Virus record (IMG/VR): IMGVR_UViG_3300042502_000300 | Location: 171-64,170 of that record | DNA length: 64,000 bases | Reading direction: 5' to 3' (one strand) | From: a virus | Lineage: Duplodnaviria > Caudoviricetes | Part shown: positions 28,101 through 38,298 of the stretch, piece after piece | Numbering within the stretch: position 1 is the stretch's first letter | Layout: every line of letters begins with the position of its first letter | Position numbers and translations under genes: made by a program | The notes under the pieces: model-generated | Database searches by the model: none | Seen by the model: the letters and a program-made list of their open reading frames with translations, nothing else | What the model was told of the DNA's origin: nothing

Positions 28101-31100
28101 TGTTTGTCTAGCCTCCTCATCAAAAACATACTGAGCAACCATTTGGAAGTCAGCTTCTTTCTTCCAGTTAATTACACCTTTTACCGCTTGGCTTTTTCTA
28201 ACTGAGTCATATATAGCTTGTGCTACCTCTATGTAGTCGTCGATATCTTCTACCCACTTAGGATTTAGTTGACTAAACCCTTTTGCTGCTATAGCAAATG
28301 GATTTGAAGCGCCTTTAAGATTTTTCTTAATCTTATTCTTCATTCTAGTAGCACGCTCTACTTTGTCAATATACTCCGCCTTGTCAAATACTTTAGCTAC
28401 ATAGTCGTTGAACCTCTTAACCATCTCAGGGTTATCTAAGTTCACCCTATTAAGGGTAGAAATAACAGTGCTTGCTTGCTTAAGGTTGATTGATCCTTTC
28501 TTAACCATTGCTTTAACGCTATCACTGATTGACTTTCTAACTTCAGTTTGAGCTTTCTTTTGTTCTCTTTGCGCTCTGACCTCTAGTTTGATCTGACCGA
28601 TTAATGCTTTAGCTTCATCGTTCACAATCACCACCTTAGGCTTTTGGCCCAAAATTTTTGGTGCTTTTTGGAACTTGATCTTTTGCTTAGAGAATAAAGT
28701 TTTCTTTGGATCTATAATTACATAGTTCTCGATATCTTGCTTTAGCGTTTCAAGGTTTGTATCTATGAATTTAATGCCATCATACCCTCTGCTATTTAAC
28801 TCATTAAATAGTTTCTTGGTATCTGACTCACTCATAGATGTTTCAAATCTAGGGTCGATTAACTCAAATAAATTAAGCTCATCAATATTCCATCCTTCAC
28901 CTGCTTCTAGTCCTAACTCCTTGATCAAATCAAAGGCAATTTTTTCGTCAGCTAGTTTTGTTTCATCTATATCAAATTCAACTACCTTACCATTATTATC
29001 CTTAGCATATAGTTCAGCTTGTTTCTTGTCTTTTGAAACGTATAAAGGTTCGTTGCTTTTTAAATCTGATTCATTGACAATATCACCTCCATGATATACT
29101 AATTGTTTCTTGCGTTTGGTAAATCCTTTTGTTCTTGCTTTCTCAGCTAATGCTTCTTGCTTTGCACCTTTCTCAGCTGTGAATCCCATTCCTCTAGCAA
29201 TATCTGTAGATACATCAGGACGTTGTTCCTTAAAATATTGAGGATTTGTTTCTTGTAATTCAGCCTTAAACTTAATCTTATTTGGAGATGTTAAATGAGT
29301 GTATGTTCTATCTTCTCTTCTAACAAAATTCTTTGAGTTTACCCTAGTATATTTATCATCGTATGATTTATCCTCAGGAAATTTCTCTTGTACTATTTTC
29401 TTTAATCGGTCTTTGTCAAGGTTTTCCTCATTAAAAACCATTTGTGATTTAGCAAACTCACTAAAGTTTTCATTCACTGGATATAGACCATCTAATAAAA
29501 ATGACTCATCAGTATATGGTAATTTACCATTAAACAAATGGTGTTTAATCCCTTTGCTATCAATACCTGATATAAATTGATCTATACCTTCAGAAGTAGG
29601 TAATGTCATCTCAAATCCAGCAGCTAATAAACCACCTTCATCAGAAGCGTACATCTCTTCAGTGAATAAAGTATTATCACCGTATTCATTTAAGAATGCC
29701 ATTCTATTAAACCCTAGGTCTTTTAATGACTGTTTAATATATGGCGTAGATTTATTGGTTCTTATATCAGCCTTTTCAGGCAATAATGTTTTTAATATTT
29801 CTCTTCTTACATCAAACGTAGTGTCTTTGACAAACTCTTGAGCAAAACCAACCTCATCAAATTTCCCTGGATTTTTAATAAGCTCAATTAACTTTTGATG
29901 TGTTTTATTTTTATTCAAAGCATCAACAACTGACTGCTTAGACTCAATGAAATTTACAAATGAATCAGATATTGCTTTGTAGTTTGTTTTGTTTTGTTTC
30001 TGTAATTCTATTAATCCTCGTCCAAAATATTTACCACCATAGTAATTACCAACAGTTGAGCTAGGGTTTTGAACCATAACTAAAACAGCTATCTTTTCAT
30101 TTGGCCCATATCTATTAACCATCTTAGATATAGTTGTTTTTGCTGTCGTCATATCTACAGAAGCAAAGCCAATTTTACCATCGACATTTTCTTTTATAGC
30201 TATGTATCCAACACCACCATATATTGGATCTCCATTTGAGTCATATCCAACTCCTGTGGCATCTGATTGTATCATAAATACTTTTCCGTCGTATTTATCA
30301 ACTACATCTTTTAAGCTTTTAGTAGGGATATTTGTTACAAAGTCAACATCATATTCTGCTTTTCTTTGATACTTAATTTTCATTGGAGCGTTAGGCTTAA
30401 CGCTTGCAGCTTCACCAACTGAATAAGGCTCTAACTGAGTTATGTCCTCACCAACGTTCAATCCTCTAGTGACTGCATTAATAAAGTTCACCGCATCCTG
30501 AGATGTAGATTCCTTAGTAAATACATTACCAAGACCAAGTTTCTTAAACAATCTATTGATTAAGGCTTTGAATTTAGTGAGCCCTGTCGTAGTTAACTCT
30601 TCTTGGTTTGCGGCCAAGATACCACCCAACTGAGCAACAAACTCATCGGACCTTGTCTCTAGTGTTTCTTGATCTGTCTCTCCTTCATATCGTTCAATGA
30701 ATGCATCTAACTCAGCAAGCCTAGCCTCGTCTTTTATGATACCTCTAAGGCCATTAGCCATGTCGATAATATATTTACCCTTAACACCATTTACCATTAA
30801 TGCATGGTGAACAGCTTCGTGTAATAATGTTACCGTATTGGCTTGTGACATATCTAAATGAATCTCTCCATCAAAATAAGATCCAGCACTTGACTCGCTT
30901 TCAATTGATTGCTTGTTCTCTCCTGTCTTATTAGCTATCGCATCGCTATACTGATCCGTATTTTCGTGGAGGTATATCTTAACACCAGGTAATGCCTTAA
31001 GTATATTTGTAGCCGTTCTAACGATTGGATTTCTTTTATACTTAACAGACATCGTTCTGACGTTCTTTTCAGTAATTTCGTTCTCAGAAGCAATAGCTGC

Positions 31101-34100
31101 TTTTGGTTGAGTAGTAGTTTCTAATAAAGGACTTATTAGTTTATCATACTTATTGTATATCTCATTATACTTAGCTAAAACTTTAGCAGGCATAAGAGTT
31201 TTATCTATCTCGCCATTTACTTTGTAGCTTTCTATTTTAGGTATAGCCTTAAGAAGTTCAGCCTGTTCCTCAGCTCTGTATACAGCTACTTGATCAACCT
31301 CAGCAGTTGTTCCCATTTCGGGAGCAGTTACCGTCTCTGCTTGAACTACAGGAGCTTGCTGTGCCATAACATCATTGATGGTCTGTGCATTAATTGCACC
31401 GCCCACAACGGTAGGTAGGATTACATCTAGGTTTCTCTGAGCTTCCTGTTGAGCTGCTTGCACTTGTTCAGGTGTAGCGTTCTCCTCAATCTTAACAGAT
31501 GCTGATATGTATCCAGGACGAGGAGTTGTTACTCCTTGCTCGAAGATATTTTTACCATCACCACCTTTACGAGAGAACGCAACGGCATATTGATTGCCGT
31601 CTTTGCCTTCTACTACGGCTATGCCTTGGTTTTGATTAGGTAATTGAGACCTTACGTCACCAACATTATCTTGTTCAGATATTGATTCATAACCTCTAAT
31701 GATACCACCTATCTCAGCCTTAGGAGCTACTTCAGTTACTTCTTTAACTTGGATAGGTTTGGTCTCAAGTAATACTCCCTCTTGCTGTATCTGAGTAGCC
31801 AAGTCCATTGGTACAAGATTTCCTGTCTCTAAATCTGTAGTAGACTCATTAGTTACCTCATACTTCTTACCATCAAGATCAAATACTTTTACTTCTTTCC
31901 CTTGGACTTTTTCTTCTTGTTTAGATTCCTTTAAAGTTTGAAGTTCTTCCAATATGGATTGCCTTGCCTCAGGAATTAAATTACCTTGTCCTACTTCTTG
32001 TTTTGAAGCATTATCAGATGCTATCATTCCTTCTAGCTCTGATATTCTTTTTACTTTTTCTTCTTGGGTGATTGGACCTTCTTCGGTAATGATTTCCCCT
32101 TGGACGCCTTGTCCCATTCCTTCACGTTGACCCCCTGCTTCTCCAGTTGTTTCTGGTTCGCGTGGAAGAACTTCCTCTGTGCTTCGCTCTTGTACGGCAT
32201 TTTTACTGATTGTTTTTAATTCTTCATTAATCGCATTGATGCGCTCAGTCTGAGCAGCAACAAGCGACGGGTCTTTCCCGGCTATTTCTTTTTGTAAGTT
32301 ATCACGTTCATTTAATAATTGGAACGCTTGGTATTTACTCTCGTCTTTTATTTCTTTTGGAATCTTATTTACTGTAGCCTCAAGTTCATCAAGATTGCTT
32401 AATACTTGCTTAGCATCTTTTACAGTCATATTTCCTAATAATACCTGATCCTTTATGTTTAATTTATAGATCTCCTTTGTAGTTGGATTTGTAATTAGGT
32501 CCTCAATATTATTTAGCTGATACTTTGTAATTTCTGTCTTTGATGTCTGAGCTGTCTGAGTTATTGAGTTCATTCCAGCACCTCCTAAATAACCTAATTT
32601 AAAGCTAGTGCCTAAACGATCAAATACTTCTCCCCACGTTTTAGGATTCTCAAAATATTTCTTGCCATTCAATTCATTAAAGACATCCTTTAATACCATG
32701 TCAGAAGATTCTTGTCCTAATTCTGTAGATCCCTCAATAAATCCAGCGGCATTTACTTGAATAAATCCATTTGCTAATGCAGCTTTATAGTTGTTCTTTA
32801 CAGCTAGCTCAAACATTTCAGCTGTAGCGTTTTCAGGCAATTCTTTTACAACCTGTTTTAATATCCAGTTTGTTAATCCCTTTCCTCCCGGTGACTTAGA
32901 AAACATCTTGGATAATCCATATTTTTCAAGTAATCCAACAGTGGCACCAAACGTTGCCGACATTAATATTTTTTGAATTTCTGGAATATCTCTAAACTCA
33001 GGCGCATTCATTTGGTCCTTCATGTTCACATATGATGCGGCATATAAACCTAAAGTAGCACCTCCAGGTGATCCTGTCATTAAACCAGCAATGGCAGATC
33101 CTCCAGATTCAGCAAGACCAAAAACTAAAGTCTCAAGTGTTGATCTACCTTCACTGCTTGTATATACATCACTTACTGACCCTGGAGCTAATTGAGTTAA
33201 AAATCCTTGTAGGTCGCCTTCATTGAGAGAAGTATCCTGCTCTAGTAAAAACCTCCAAGAGTTCTCAGCTCCTTTTAAAAATGCATATGTTGTACCTGTT
33301 AATAGGTTACCTCTTTTTGATTCAACTAGGTAATTAGATGCAGCAACTTGATCGATATCAATCTTATCACTACTAGCCTGTAAGTATTCATTATTAACAT
33401 TAATAGCTTCTTGCCTTATTGCTTCTTTCTCTTCTTTTAGTTTTGGCAAGTAGATATTATTATAATCTTCTTGTGATATCTTGCCTGCTTCGTAAGCTTC
33501 TTTTGCTTTAGTAGACCAATCTTCATAGTCTTCTTTTTTGGCTTTAACGTCTTCAAATTTTAGTTGAACTTCAGCTAGAGTTGTCTTAACATTTTCTAGT
33601 TCAGCTTTAGTAAAAATGGCTGATTCCATATTTTCATCAGTCATAGCCTTAGCAGATCTTTTGTCTTTTTCTTTGCTTAATACTAGTTCTGCATCAACCA
33701 ATTTTTCAGATAATGCTATTCTATCATATGGTGTAGCATTGCGAATCTGCTCTGTTAGATCTTTTACTTTTTGATAAGCATATGAATAATCCTTAGAATT
33801 CATTTGAATATTTAACCATCCATAAAGTCTATTTGATTCTTCTTTGTTTCGATCAGAAGTCCAGTTGTCTAAGCTTATTTTCTTAGTCTCTCCGGTGATT
33901 TTATTTTTAACTAATACCTCATCGTAACCTGCACCGGATTCCTCTACCTCTATATAGTCATATCCATTAGTGACTTCTCTTAATTTAGATACAACATCCT
34001 CTTCATCCATTCCAACAAAACCAGAATTTATGAAAGTTAGTTTCTTGTCTATCTGCTCTTGTCTTATAAATTCAGGATCATTTTCGTCATAAACCTTAAA

Positions 34101-34988
34101 TGTCTTTTCAAATAATTCCTGAGATTTATCAGCAGTTTCTTTTGGTTTAGCGGCTGTTACTACTGACTTATATAGACCCATTGACGCAAGTCTATCTGCA
34201 TGGAAGTCATATGTTTTTTGGTCTATATTTTTATTTGCTAGTAACTTATCCCAATACTCTATGGTATCTCTTTGAGAAGGTTCTTTTTTAGGATTTGGAT
34301 CAACCCATTTTTGTTCAGGTTCTTTTTCTACTACACCAGGAGCATAAACATTTAGTCTATCTAGATCAAACTTAGTAGCTTTTTTTGCCTGTTCATTTAG
34401 TATCTTTTCTCTCTCACTTATCTTATCACCTGTTAGTGGCACATAATTGTTACCTACTTTTTTCATCCATTTATTTCCGCTTCTTTTGTATAAAGCGTCT
34501 GGATTGCTAGGAAGTATATATAGTTCTTCTTTAGGTTGAGGTTTATATTCTACGGTATTAGCTTCAATTTTTTTAATACGATTGGGATCAGTGACTTTCT
34601 TATAGTCAAAGACACCATATTGCTTTTTATACCAACCGTCTGCTTGCTTCTTGAAGAATACCCCTTCTGCTTGTCCTGGAATGGTATATATACCCTCACC
34701 TTTTAAAGATGAAGACTCCGTAGGCTTTGTTGTTGTTTTGGATAAGCGATCCAATGAAGTATTGTCTTGATCCAATGTTGATTGTGAAACCTCTTTTTTT
34801 TTTCCGCCAAAATATGAGGCGTGAAATGCATTAGCGTCAAGGTCAGTCATTTTATTCTGTTTCAAGTATGACCAAATTTCTTTTGATTTTGACGGATCAC
34901 TATACGCATTATAAAACGCATTAGCATCAAGATCGGTTAATTTATTAGTCTTGAAGTAATTATAAATTTGTTGATACTTTTCGTTCAT
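25170..34988 (-). CDS. Giant internal virion/ejection polyvalent protein (zincin metallopeptidase and ART-like domains)
   Basis: 3272 aa, last gene of the structural operon; LLHEAVHH (HExxH) and YHGG...LYVS...A..YA...GYDGI motifs. Confidence 0.85.
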   Translation of the reverse strand: MNEKYQQIYNYFKTNKLTDLDANAFYNAYSDPSKSKEIWSYLKQNKMTDLDANAFHASYFGGKKKEVSQSTLDQDNTSLDRLSKTTTKPTESSSLKGEGIYTIPGQAEGVFFKKQADGWYKKQYGVFDYKKVTDPNRIKKIEANTVEYKPQPKEELYILPSNPDALYKRSGNKWMKKVGNNYVPLTGDKISEREKILNEQAKKATKFDLDRLNVYAPGVVEKEPEQKWVDPNPKKEPSQRDTIEYWDKLLANKNIDQKTYDFHADRLASMGLYKSVVTAAKPKETADKSQELFEKTFKVYDENDPEFIRQEQIDKKLTFINSGFVGMDEEDVVSKLREVTNGYDYIEVEESGAGYDEVLVKNKITGETKKISLDNWTSDRNKEESNRLYGWLNIQMNSKDYSYAYQKVKDLTEQIRNATPYDRIALSEKLVDAELVLSKEKDKRSAKAMTDENMESAIFTKAELENVKTTLAEVQLKFEDVKAKKEDYEDWSTKAKEAYEAGKISQEDYNNIYLPKLKEEKEAIRQEAINVNNEYLQASSDKIDIDQVAASNYLVESKRGNLLTGTTYAFLKGAENSWRFLLEQDTSLNEGDLQGFLTQLAPGSVSDVYTSSEGRSTLETLVFGLAESGGSAIAGLMTGSPGGATLGLYAASYVNMKDQMNAPEFRDIPEIQKILMSATFGATVGLLEKYGLSKMFSKSPGGKGLTNWILKQVVKELPENATAEMFELAVKNNYKAALANGFIQVNAAGFIEGSTELGQESSDMVLKDVFNELNGKKYFENPKTWGEVFDRLGTSFKLGYLGGAGMNSITQTAQTSKTEITKYQLNNIEDLITNPTTKEIYKLNIKDQVLLGNMTVKDAKQVLSNLDELEATVNKIPKEIKDESKYQAFQLLNERDNLQKEIAGKDPSLVAAQTERINAINEELKTISKNAVQERSTEEVLPREPETTGEAGGQREGMGQGVQGEIITEEGPITQEEKVKRISELEGMIASDNASKQEVGQGNLIPEARQSILEELQTLKESKQEEKVQGKEVKVFDLDGKKYEVTNESTTDLETGNLVPMDLATQIQQEGVLLETKPIQVKEVTEVAPKAEIGGIIRGYESISEQDNVGDVRSQLPNQNQGIAVVEGKDGNQYAVAFSRKGGDGKNIFEQGVTTPRPGYISASVKIEENATPEQVQAAQQEAQRNLDVILPTVVGGAINAQTINDVMAQQAPVVQAETVTAPEMGTTAEVDQVAVYRAEEQAELLKAIPKIESYKVNGEIDKTLMPAKVLAKYNEIYNKYDKLISPLLETTTQPKAAIASENEITEKNVRTMSVKYKRNPIVRTATNILKALPGVKIYLHENTDQYSDAIANKTGENKQSIESESSAGSYFDGEIHLDMSQANTVTLLHEAVHHALMVNGVKGKYIIDMANGLRGIIKDEARLAELDAFIERYEGETDQETLETRSDEFVAQLGGILAANQEELTTTGLTKFKALINRLFKKLGLGNVFTKESTSQDAVNFINAVTRGLNVGEDITQLEPYSVGEAASVKPNAPMKIKYQRKAEYDVDFVTNIPTKSLKDVVDKYDGKVFMIQSDATGVGYDSNGDPIYGGVGYIAIKENVDGKIGFASVDMTTAKTTISKMVNRYGPNEKIAVLVMVQNPSSTVGNYYGGKYFGRGLIELQKQNKTNYKAISDSFVNFIESKQSVVDALNKNKTHQKLIELIKNPGKFDEVGFAQEFVKDTTFDVRREILKTLLPEKADIRTNKSTPYIKQSLKDLGFNRMAFLNEYGDNTLFTEEMYASDEGGLLAAGFEMTLPTSEGIDQFISGIDSKGIKHHLFNGKLPYTDESFLLDGLYPVNENFSEFAKSQMVFNEENLDKDRLKKIVQEKFPEDKSYDDKYTRVNSKNFVRREDRTYTHLTSPNKIKFKAELQETNPQYFKEQRPDVSTDIARGMGFTAEKGAKQEALAEKARTKGFTKRKKQLVYHGGDIVNESDLKSNEPLYVSKDKKQAELYAKDNNGKVVEFDIDETKLADEKIAFDLIKELGLEAGEGWNIDELNLFELIDPRFETSMSESDTKKLFNELNSRGYDGIKFIDTNLETLKQDIENYVIIDPKKTLFSKQKIKFQKAPKILGQKPKVVIVNDEAKALIGQIKLEVRAQREQKKAQTEVRKSISDSVKAMVKKGSINLKQASTVISTLNRVNLDNPEMVKRFNDYVAKVFDKAEYIDKVERATRMKNKIKKNLKGASNPFAIAAKGFSQLNPKWVEDIDDYIEVAQAIYDSVRKSQAVKGVINWKKEADFQMVAQYVFDEEARQTEILLGNLRSLYERITGKPSDNVAADVMQAELKDLKVPEDFNAEVLDQIEERLAEFEQMVEDSDPDIVKKAASIDPTIIPTKESIRILDALDTYFTNGSIAGLSELMSLYIGKENVTKFKGKAKPLRVLRSKGLAQIKFKALSQLNLILERKFRTKEALLAYKKASGIQDIENGANKAEAQAMKKQREYLSKFGKVKGFNTAENIFQRGALANLLRTMVASEELQQEEFDRNITILRNSVDTLSKGNSVDQKKAVVYKKVLTDLGVFRDDVSIDMVLSKAKKENIEAVNFAIDMFADIVDPLSDLALGMYNQILTQDINYTPYVYKMTDLKKTFGSNQDNSTMDFFGISNYANQTFDKNKAGILMPITRPKNLQQGMHIDLDFDNNMFRQYRNALVDLYTAGPIRQFEGFFNSEENEKILGSNEDLEIIKGAMIDYVRTKKGSNFVTDDGLAVLNKLTDYMAQFGAARALVGIGQFVNQFSSGMTNTIINAGEYIRPTDFSKDVFEFISKSGRSIANVGGDEILVAMGEVDKSIEKADLNNRPDQYVLKFIAKENMRLFNIMVAYPDAIARKLAWMAYYRKSLVEQGLLGFTESVDTTKPVNDKAADYAQLMVDRNMDSTDAALRGKLFTSKSSAVKILRSIFFPFASFGINQKNRMWNDLNSLFSGKDIATSSRSLVSIAGEIAVYNSIRYYIAKAILTSALSALGYDDDDQEELYNKLLNNAKLSSYSKLFTDIISPVPLLDNYTLMLANKTMKGSSLFKADQKQVEDYVNKLKQKGNLTDDEIEEKKKAFEEKNARSFYIDTEANKGSLSIQWEKGVELLELFNAWNSGEYTDNYNNERFLSKESRDKLTAPLMMKFAATIYGTRELDQIANKSFKIVKDAESMSKTQKESYSEVKKELGRDLNEFERDLIKTKKTTETAIDEIKFVERNGGLRGDQKSEYIKLLEINPSPTKDMLRDIQNGMKADQIIKKSKG

Positions 34989-34993
34989 ATTTA

Positions 34994-36415
34994 TTATCCG
35001 TTAAATTTTGATGTATTTCCTTTTCCTTTACCTTGGGAATAATCTACATATTTCTTCCATTCGTCTGGATTACTAAACCCTTTGAAAAATTGACCAGCAT
35101 TGTAAAAAGTAGTATTAGTCACTAATTCATCTTCTCCTCTTGCGTTTTTTTGATAAACATTTATAGTTTGATTTGGCCCTGACTTAAATGTATATTTACC
35201 ACCAACACTATAGCTTTGTAATCTGCTCCAATCCGGTGAAGCGACTATTGATCTAATTTCATCCATAGTCTTGCTATCATACTTTGTATTATTGTTGGTG
35301 TTATTGTTATTGTTGTTTGATGTATTTCTAGATGGAGTGCTTACCTCATCTTGAGTTGATTTACTTTCTAGATAAATACCTACAGTTCTTATAACTGCAT
35401 CTTCAGCTGCTTTCATTTGAGCTGGAGTAAGTACAGGCTGATAAGTGTCTGTGGCGTCTTTACGCATTTCAATCAATCTACTTGAAGCTTCTTCTGCAAA
35501 TAGAGCTTCTTCCTCAGGTGTCATTGGTTCTAGCTCTTTGAATCTTCTAGTATCATTTTCTTTTTTGATCATGGAGAGCATCTTATTGTTATAATCTGCT
35601 TGGTTCAGATATGCAACATATTTACCTCCTGTATTATCTCTTAAGATACTTGCAGCCATCCTTGGATTATCAGTAAGTGCTCCTACAAGATCAGTCAATT
35701 TATCTGCGTAATCGTCATTTTTTCTAACGTCATCAATTGTATTGATACCATCTTCTTTAAGAAATGGCGCCCATTCTTTTACTACAGCACTTACTTGTCC
35801 ATTTAAGTCTACCTTATCAAATACCATATTATTAGGTAATGCCATTGATCTTAAACTTTGAACTGATTGAGGATCTAATTGACCGGTATTTGGATCAACT
35901 CTTCCCATGCTCATATTTCCACTCTCGTCAATAAATATCTTCTTATCTTTTAGATCAGATGTTTGAGCAAAGAATTCGTTTGAATCAATAGCTAATCCTG
36001 ACACTGTACCATCTTGTTGTTGTTTTTGAATCTCAGCCATACGAGCGTCATACGTCTTAACAGTATTAGCAAATGTACCCCAATTCTCCATTACGGTGCT
36101 CATCTTTTGCTTATACTCCTTAGGGCTTAGTTGACCTGCCTTTAGTAACTTATTCCACTCGTTAATCTTTAGAACGGCATTTTGAGATGCGTCCAAGGTC
36201 ATCGTTTGAAACGTCTGACTTTTTCCAAGCTCAGTATCACGAATAATCTTAGCATTATCTGCTTGAATCTGATCAAGTTGTTCCTTCTCAAGTTCTCGTC
36301 TTTCACCAAAACCTGATATGGTTTTAGAAAGATCCGAGGTCAGTTTACCTAAGTCTAGTCTTTCTTCCGATGGAATGTATCCGTAATATTCTTGTCTCCT
36401 TACCATGTTAGTCAT
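34994..36415 (-). CDS. Probable ejection/internal virion protein
   Basis: Helical 473-aa ORF between the small ejection protein and the giant protein. Confidence 0.65.
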   Translation of the reverse strand: MTNMVRRQEYYGYIPSEERLDLGKLTSDLSKTISGFGERRELEKEQLDQIQADNAKIIRDTELGKSQTFQTMTLDASQNAVLKINEWNKLLKAGQLSPKEYKQKMSTVMENWGTFANTVKTYDARMAEIQKQQQDGTVSGLAIDSNEFFAQTSDLKDKKIFIDESGNMSMGRVDPNTGQLDPQSVQSLRSMALPNNMVFDKVDLNGQVSAVVKEWAPFLKEDGINTIDDVRKNDDYADKLTDLVGALTDNPRMAASILRDNTGGKYVAYLNQADYNNKMLSMIKKENDTRRFKELEPMTPEEEALFAEEASSRLIEMRKDATDTYQPVLTPAQMKAAEDAVIRTVGIYLESKSTQDEVSTPSRNTSNNNNNNTNNNTKYDSKTMDEIRSIVASPDWSRLQSYSVGGKYTFKSGPNQTINVYQKNARGEDELVTNTTFYNAGQFFKGFSNPDEWKKYVDYSQGKGKGNTSKFNG

Positions 36416-37145
36416 TAGTATATAACATTCTTTTCTGTGATTTGTTAAGTCCTTTCCACCAACCTTTTAATTGATCATCTGACATTTTACCAACAGCTTC
36501 AAAGTCTAAATCTTGGCCATTAACCTTTCCAAATTGATTAAATTGATCCGGATTCCATTGTTTTGCTCCTAATGTATTCTGATCTAATGAAGTGCCTTTA
36601 TATAATCCAATCATTTTATCAATTCCTCCAGCCGCTGTTCCTAATGCTGAGAACGCGCTACCAATAGCAGCATTTCTATTTGCTTCTGCGTCAGCTCTTC
36701 TAATGCTAGCGTCTTGTGCCTCATTGGTTCCAATGTTATACTCTCTCTCAGCTCTTCTAGCCTCAATTCCTTGACCTGCCTCTGCTTGAGCCATATCTCT
36801 TTGGAATTGAGTTTGATTTGCTTGAGCAGCTTGTTGTAGGTATGCTTCGTTTCCTGCACCAACTAATTGACCGATACCACCAATGATACCCTCAGCACCA
36901 GTTCCCTGAAGAGCTGCGATTGCTTGTTGAGTTTGTTGGTCTTGTCCTTGTTGAGCTAACTCAAAACCAAGACGAGGGACTTGAACCCCTTTAAATTGAT
37001 TCGTCTCCTTAATTGCTTTGAGGTTCTTATTGGCCAAGTCATACTGAGATGCGGCCTTCTTCATGTCTTTATTTGCTTTAATAGCTTGAGCGGCCGATAG
37101 ACCAACTCCTCCTAATGCTACTAATGTTGATGTGACTGCTGCCAT
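36408..37145 (-). CDS. Probable small ejection/internal virion protein
   Basis: Gly/Ala/Gln-rich with hydrophobic patches, as in podovirus pilot proteins. Confidence 0.7.
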   Translation of the reverse strand: MAAVTSTLVALGGVGLSAAQAIKANKDMKKAASQYDLANKNLKAIKETNQFKGVQVPRLGFELAQQGQDQQTQQAIAALQGTGAEGIIGGIGQLVGAGNEAYLQQAAQANQTQFQRDMAQAEAGQGIEARRAEREYNIGTNEAQDASIRRADAEANRNAAIGSAFSALGTAAGGIDKMIGLYKGTSLDQNTLGAKQWNPDQFNQFGKVNGQDLDFEAVGKMSDDQLKGWWKGLNKSQKRMLYTND

Positions 37146-37146
37146 A

Positions 37147-37548
37147 TTATAGTGTTTTTATCATTTCTATACAACCGGTGCTACCTACATGGTAGCCACA
37201 AGCTGCAAAACTATTCAACAGATTTTGGTTCTTTAGAGATGTATAGATATACTTACAGCCGTTCGTTTCTTTCGCTAACTCAGTAAGTGTATTTATAAGA
37301 AACTCTATAGCCTCTTTTCTGTCTTTATTCTTATACTGAAAGTTAGATACGATGAACTCTATGATCGCTGTCTTTGAGTTTGTAAAGTATATAAACCCTG
37401 CGCATATTTCAATACCATCCTTCGATACCATCACACCACCGGTTGCATCCTGTGGTAGAAAATCTCGTGGTGGCGGAGTCCATCTCCAATCCTTCCACCA
37501 AGATGATAACACATCGTAATCACCTTCGTTTAAGAACCTAACTTCCAT
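37147..37548 (-). CDS. GNAT-like acetyltransferase-fold protein
   Basis: Short alpha/beta ORF (ICAGFIY...EFIVSN...GCKYIY...F..CGY) in the position preceding ejection genes. Confidence 0.65.
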   Translation of the reverse strand: MEVRFLNEGDYDVLSSWWKDWRWTPPPRDFLPQDATGGVMVSKDGIEICAGFIYFTNSKTAIIEFIVSNFQYKNKDRKEAIEFLINTLTELAKETNGCKYIYTSLKNQNLLNSFAACGYHVGSTGCIEMIKTL

Positions 37549-37556
37549 ACACAAAT

Positions 37557-38279
37557 TTAAGGAAAACTTTTGAATAACGATGCCCCAACGGCAAACAATG
37601 TTACTTCATAGCTTTTGTCATTCTCAAGGTCAACCTGTAGGTAGTATCCTCTAGGTCCAAATGACTCAGCTACTGCATTTTTTATGATAACTATCTTATC
37701 TCCAACTGTAGGGGATACTAAAACACCTGTAAGATCTATTGCATATTCTGAAAAAGATAAAACAGTTGCAATGGTTACTAGTGAGGACCCAACTATTTTA
37801 CATACAGTGTCACCTACATTTAAATTTACTTGTATAGGTGAAGCAAAGAAAATAGTTGAACTCAGAATTTGATTTATATTCCCAATACCTTGAGTAGATA
37901 GCAATGAATAGTCAGTATTATTCGATGGTCTTCTTATGTGGGCATACCACTTACCTTCTTTTTTCTCATACCAATCATAGTCAATATACCCTTCATCTAA
38001 GTTGGTATGCATTATAGCTTTCCACTCGTGGCTACTATCTAAGTACAAGTTCTTAAATTTCTTTACCGTGGTAGGTTCAATATTGAATATCGTACTAAGT
38101 GTAGATGTATACTGTGTCTCATAAAAATTATTCCTTACCGGGTTCAAGTTATGGAGATACAAATTTCCCCTTTTAAATGTATAGAAATTGCTATTCATGT
38201 GAGTCATCCATTCGGGGACATACGACCACCTGGACGTCCATCCATTGGCGTAGTTGTAATAAGATAGCATATCTTCCAT
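37557..38279 (-). CDS. Tail nozzle/stabilisation-protein C-terminal-type module
   Basis: GWTSRWSYVPE...FYTFK.GNLYLH...NNFY...FN.EP...KKF...KKEGKWY pattern typical of nozzle C-termini. Confidence 0.65.
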   Translation of the reverse strand: MEDMLSYYNYANGWTSRWSYVPEWMTHMNSNFYTFKRGNLYLHNLNPVRNNFYETQYTSTLSTIFNIEPTTVKKFKNLYLDSSHEWKAIMHTNLDEGYIDYDWYEKKEGKWYAHIRRPSNNTDYSLLSTQGIGNINQILSSTIFFASPIQVNLNVGDTVCKIVGSSLVTIATVLSFSEYAIDLTGVLVSPTVGDKIVIIKNAVAESFGPRGYYLQVDLENDKSYEVTLFAVGASLFKSFP

Positions 38280-38298
38280 AGATACAAATTTACGAATT

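Noticed and set aside
26482-32976. Multiple + strand ORFs inside the giant gene
   Set aside because: Ser/Leu-rich antisense shadows of the 3272-aa - strand CDS
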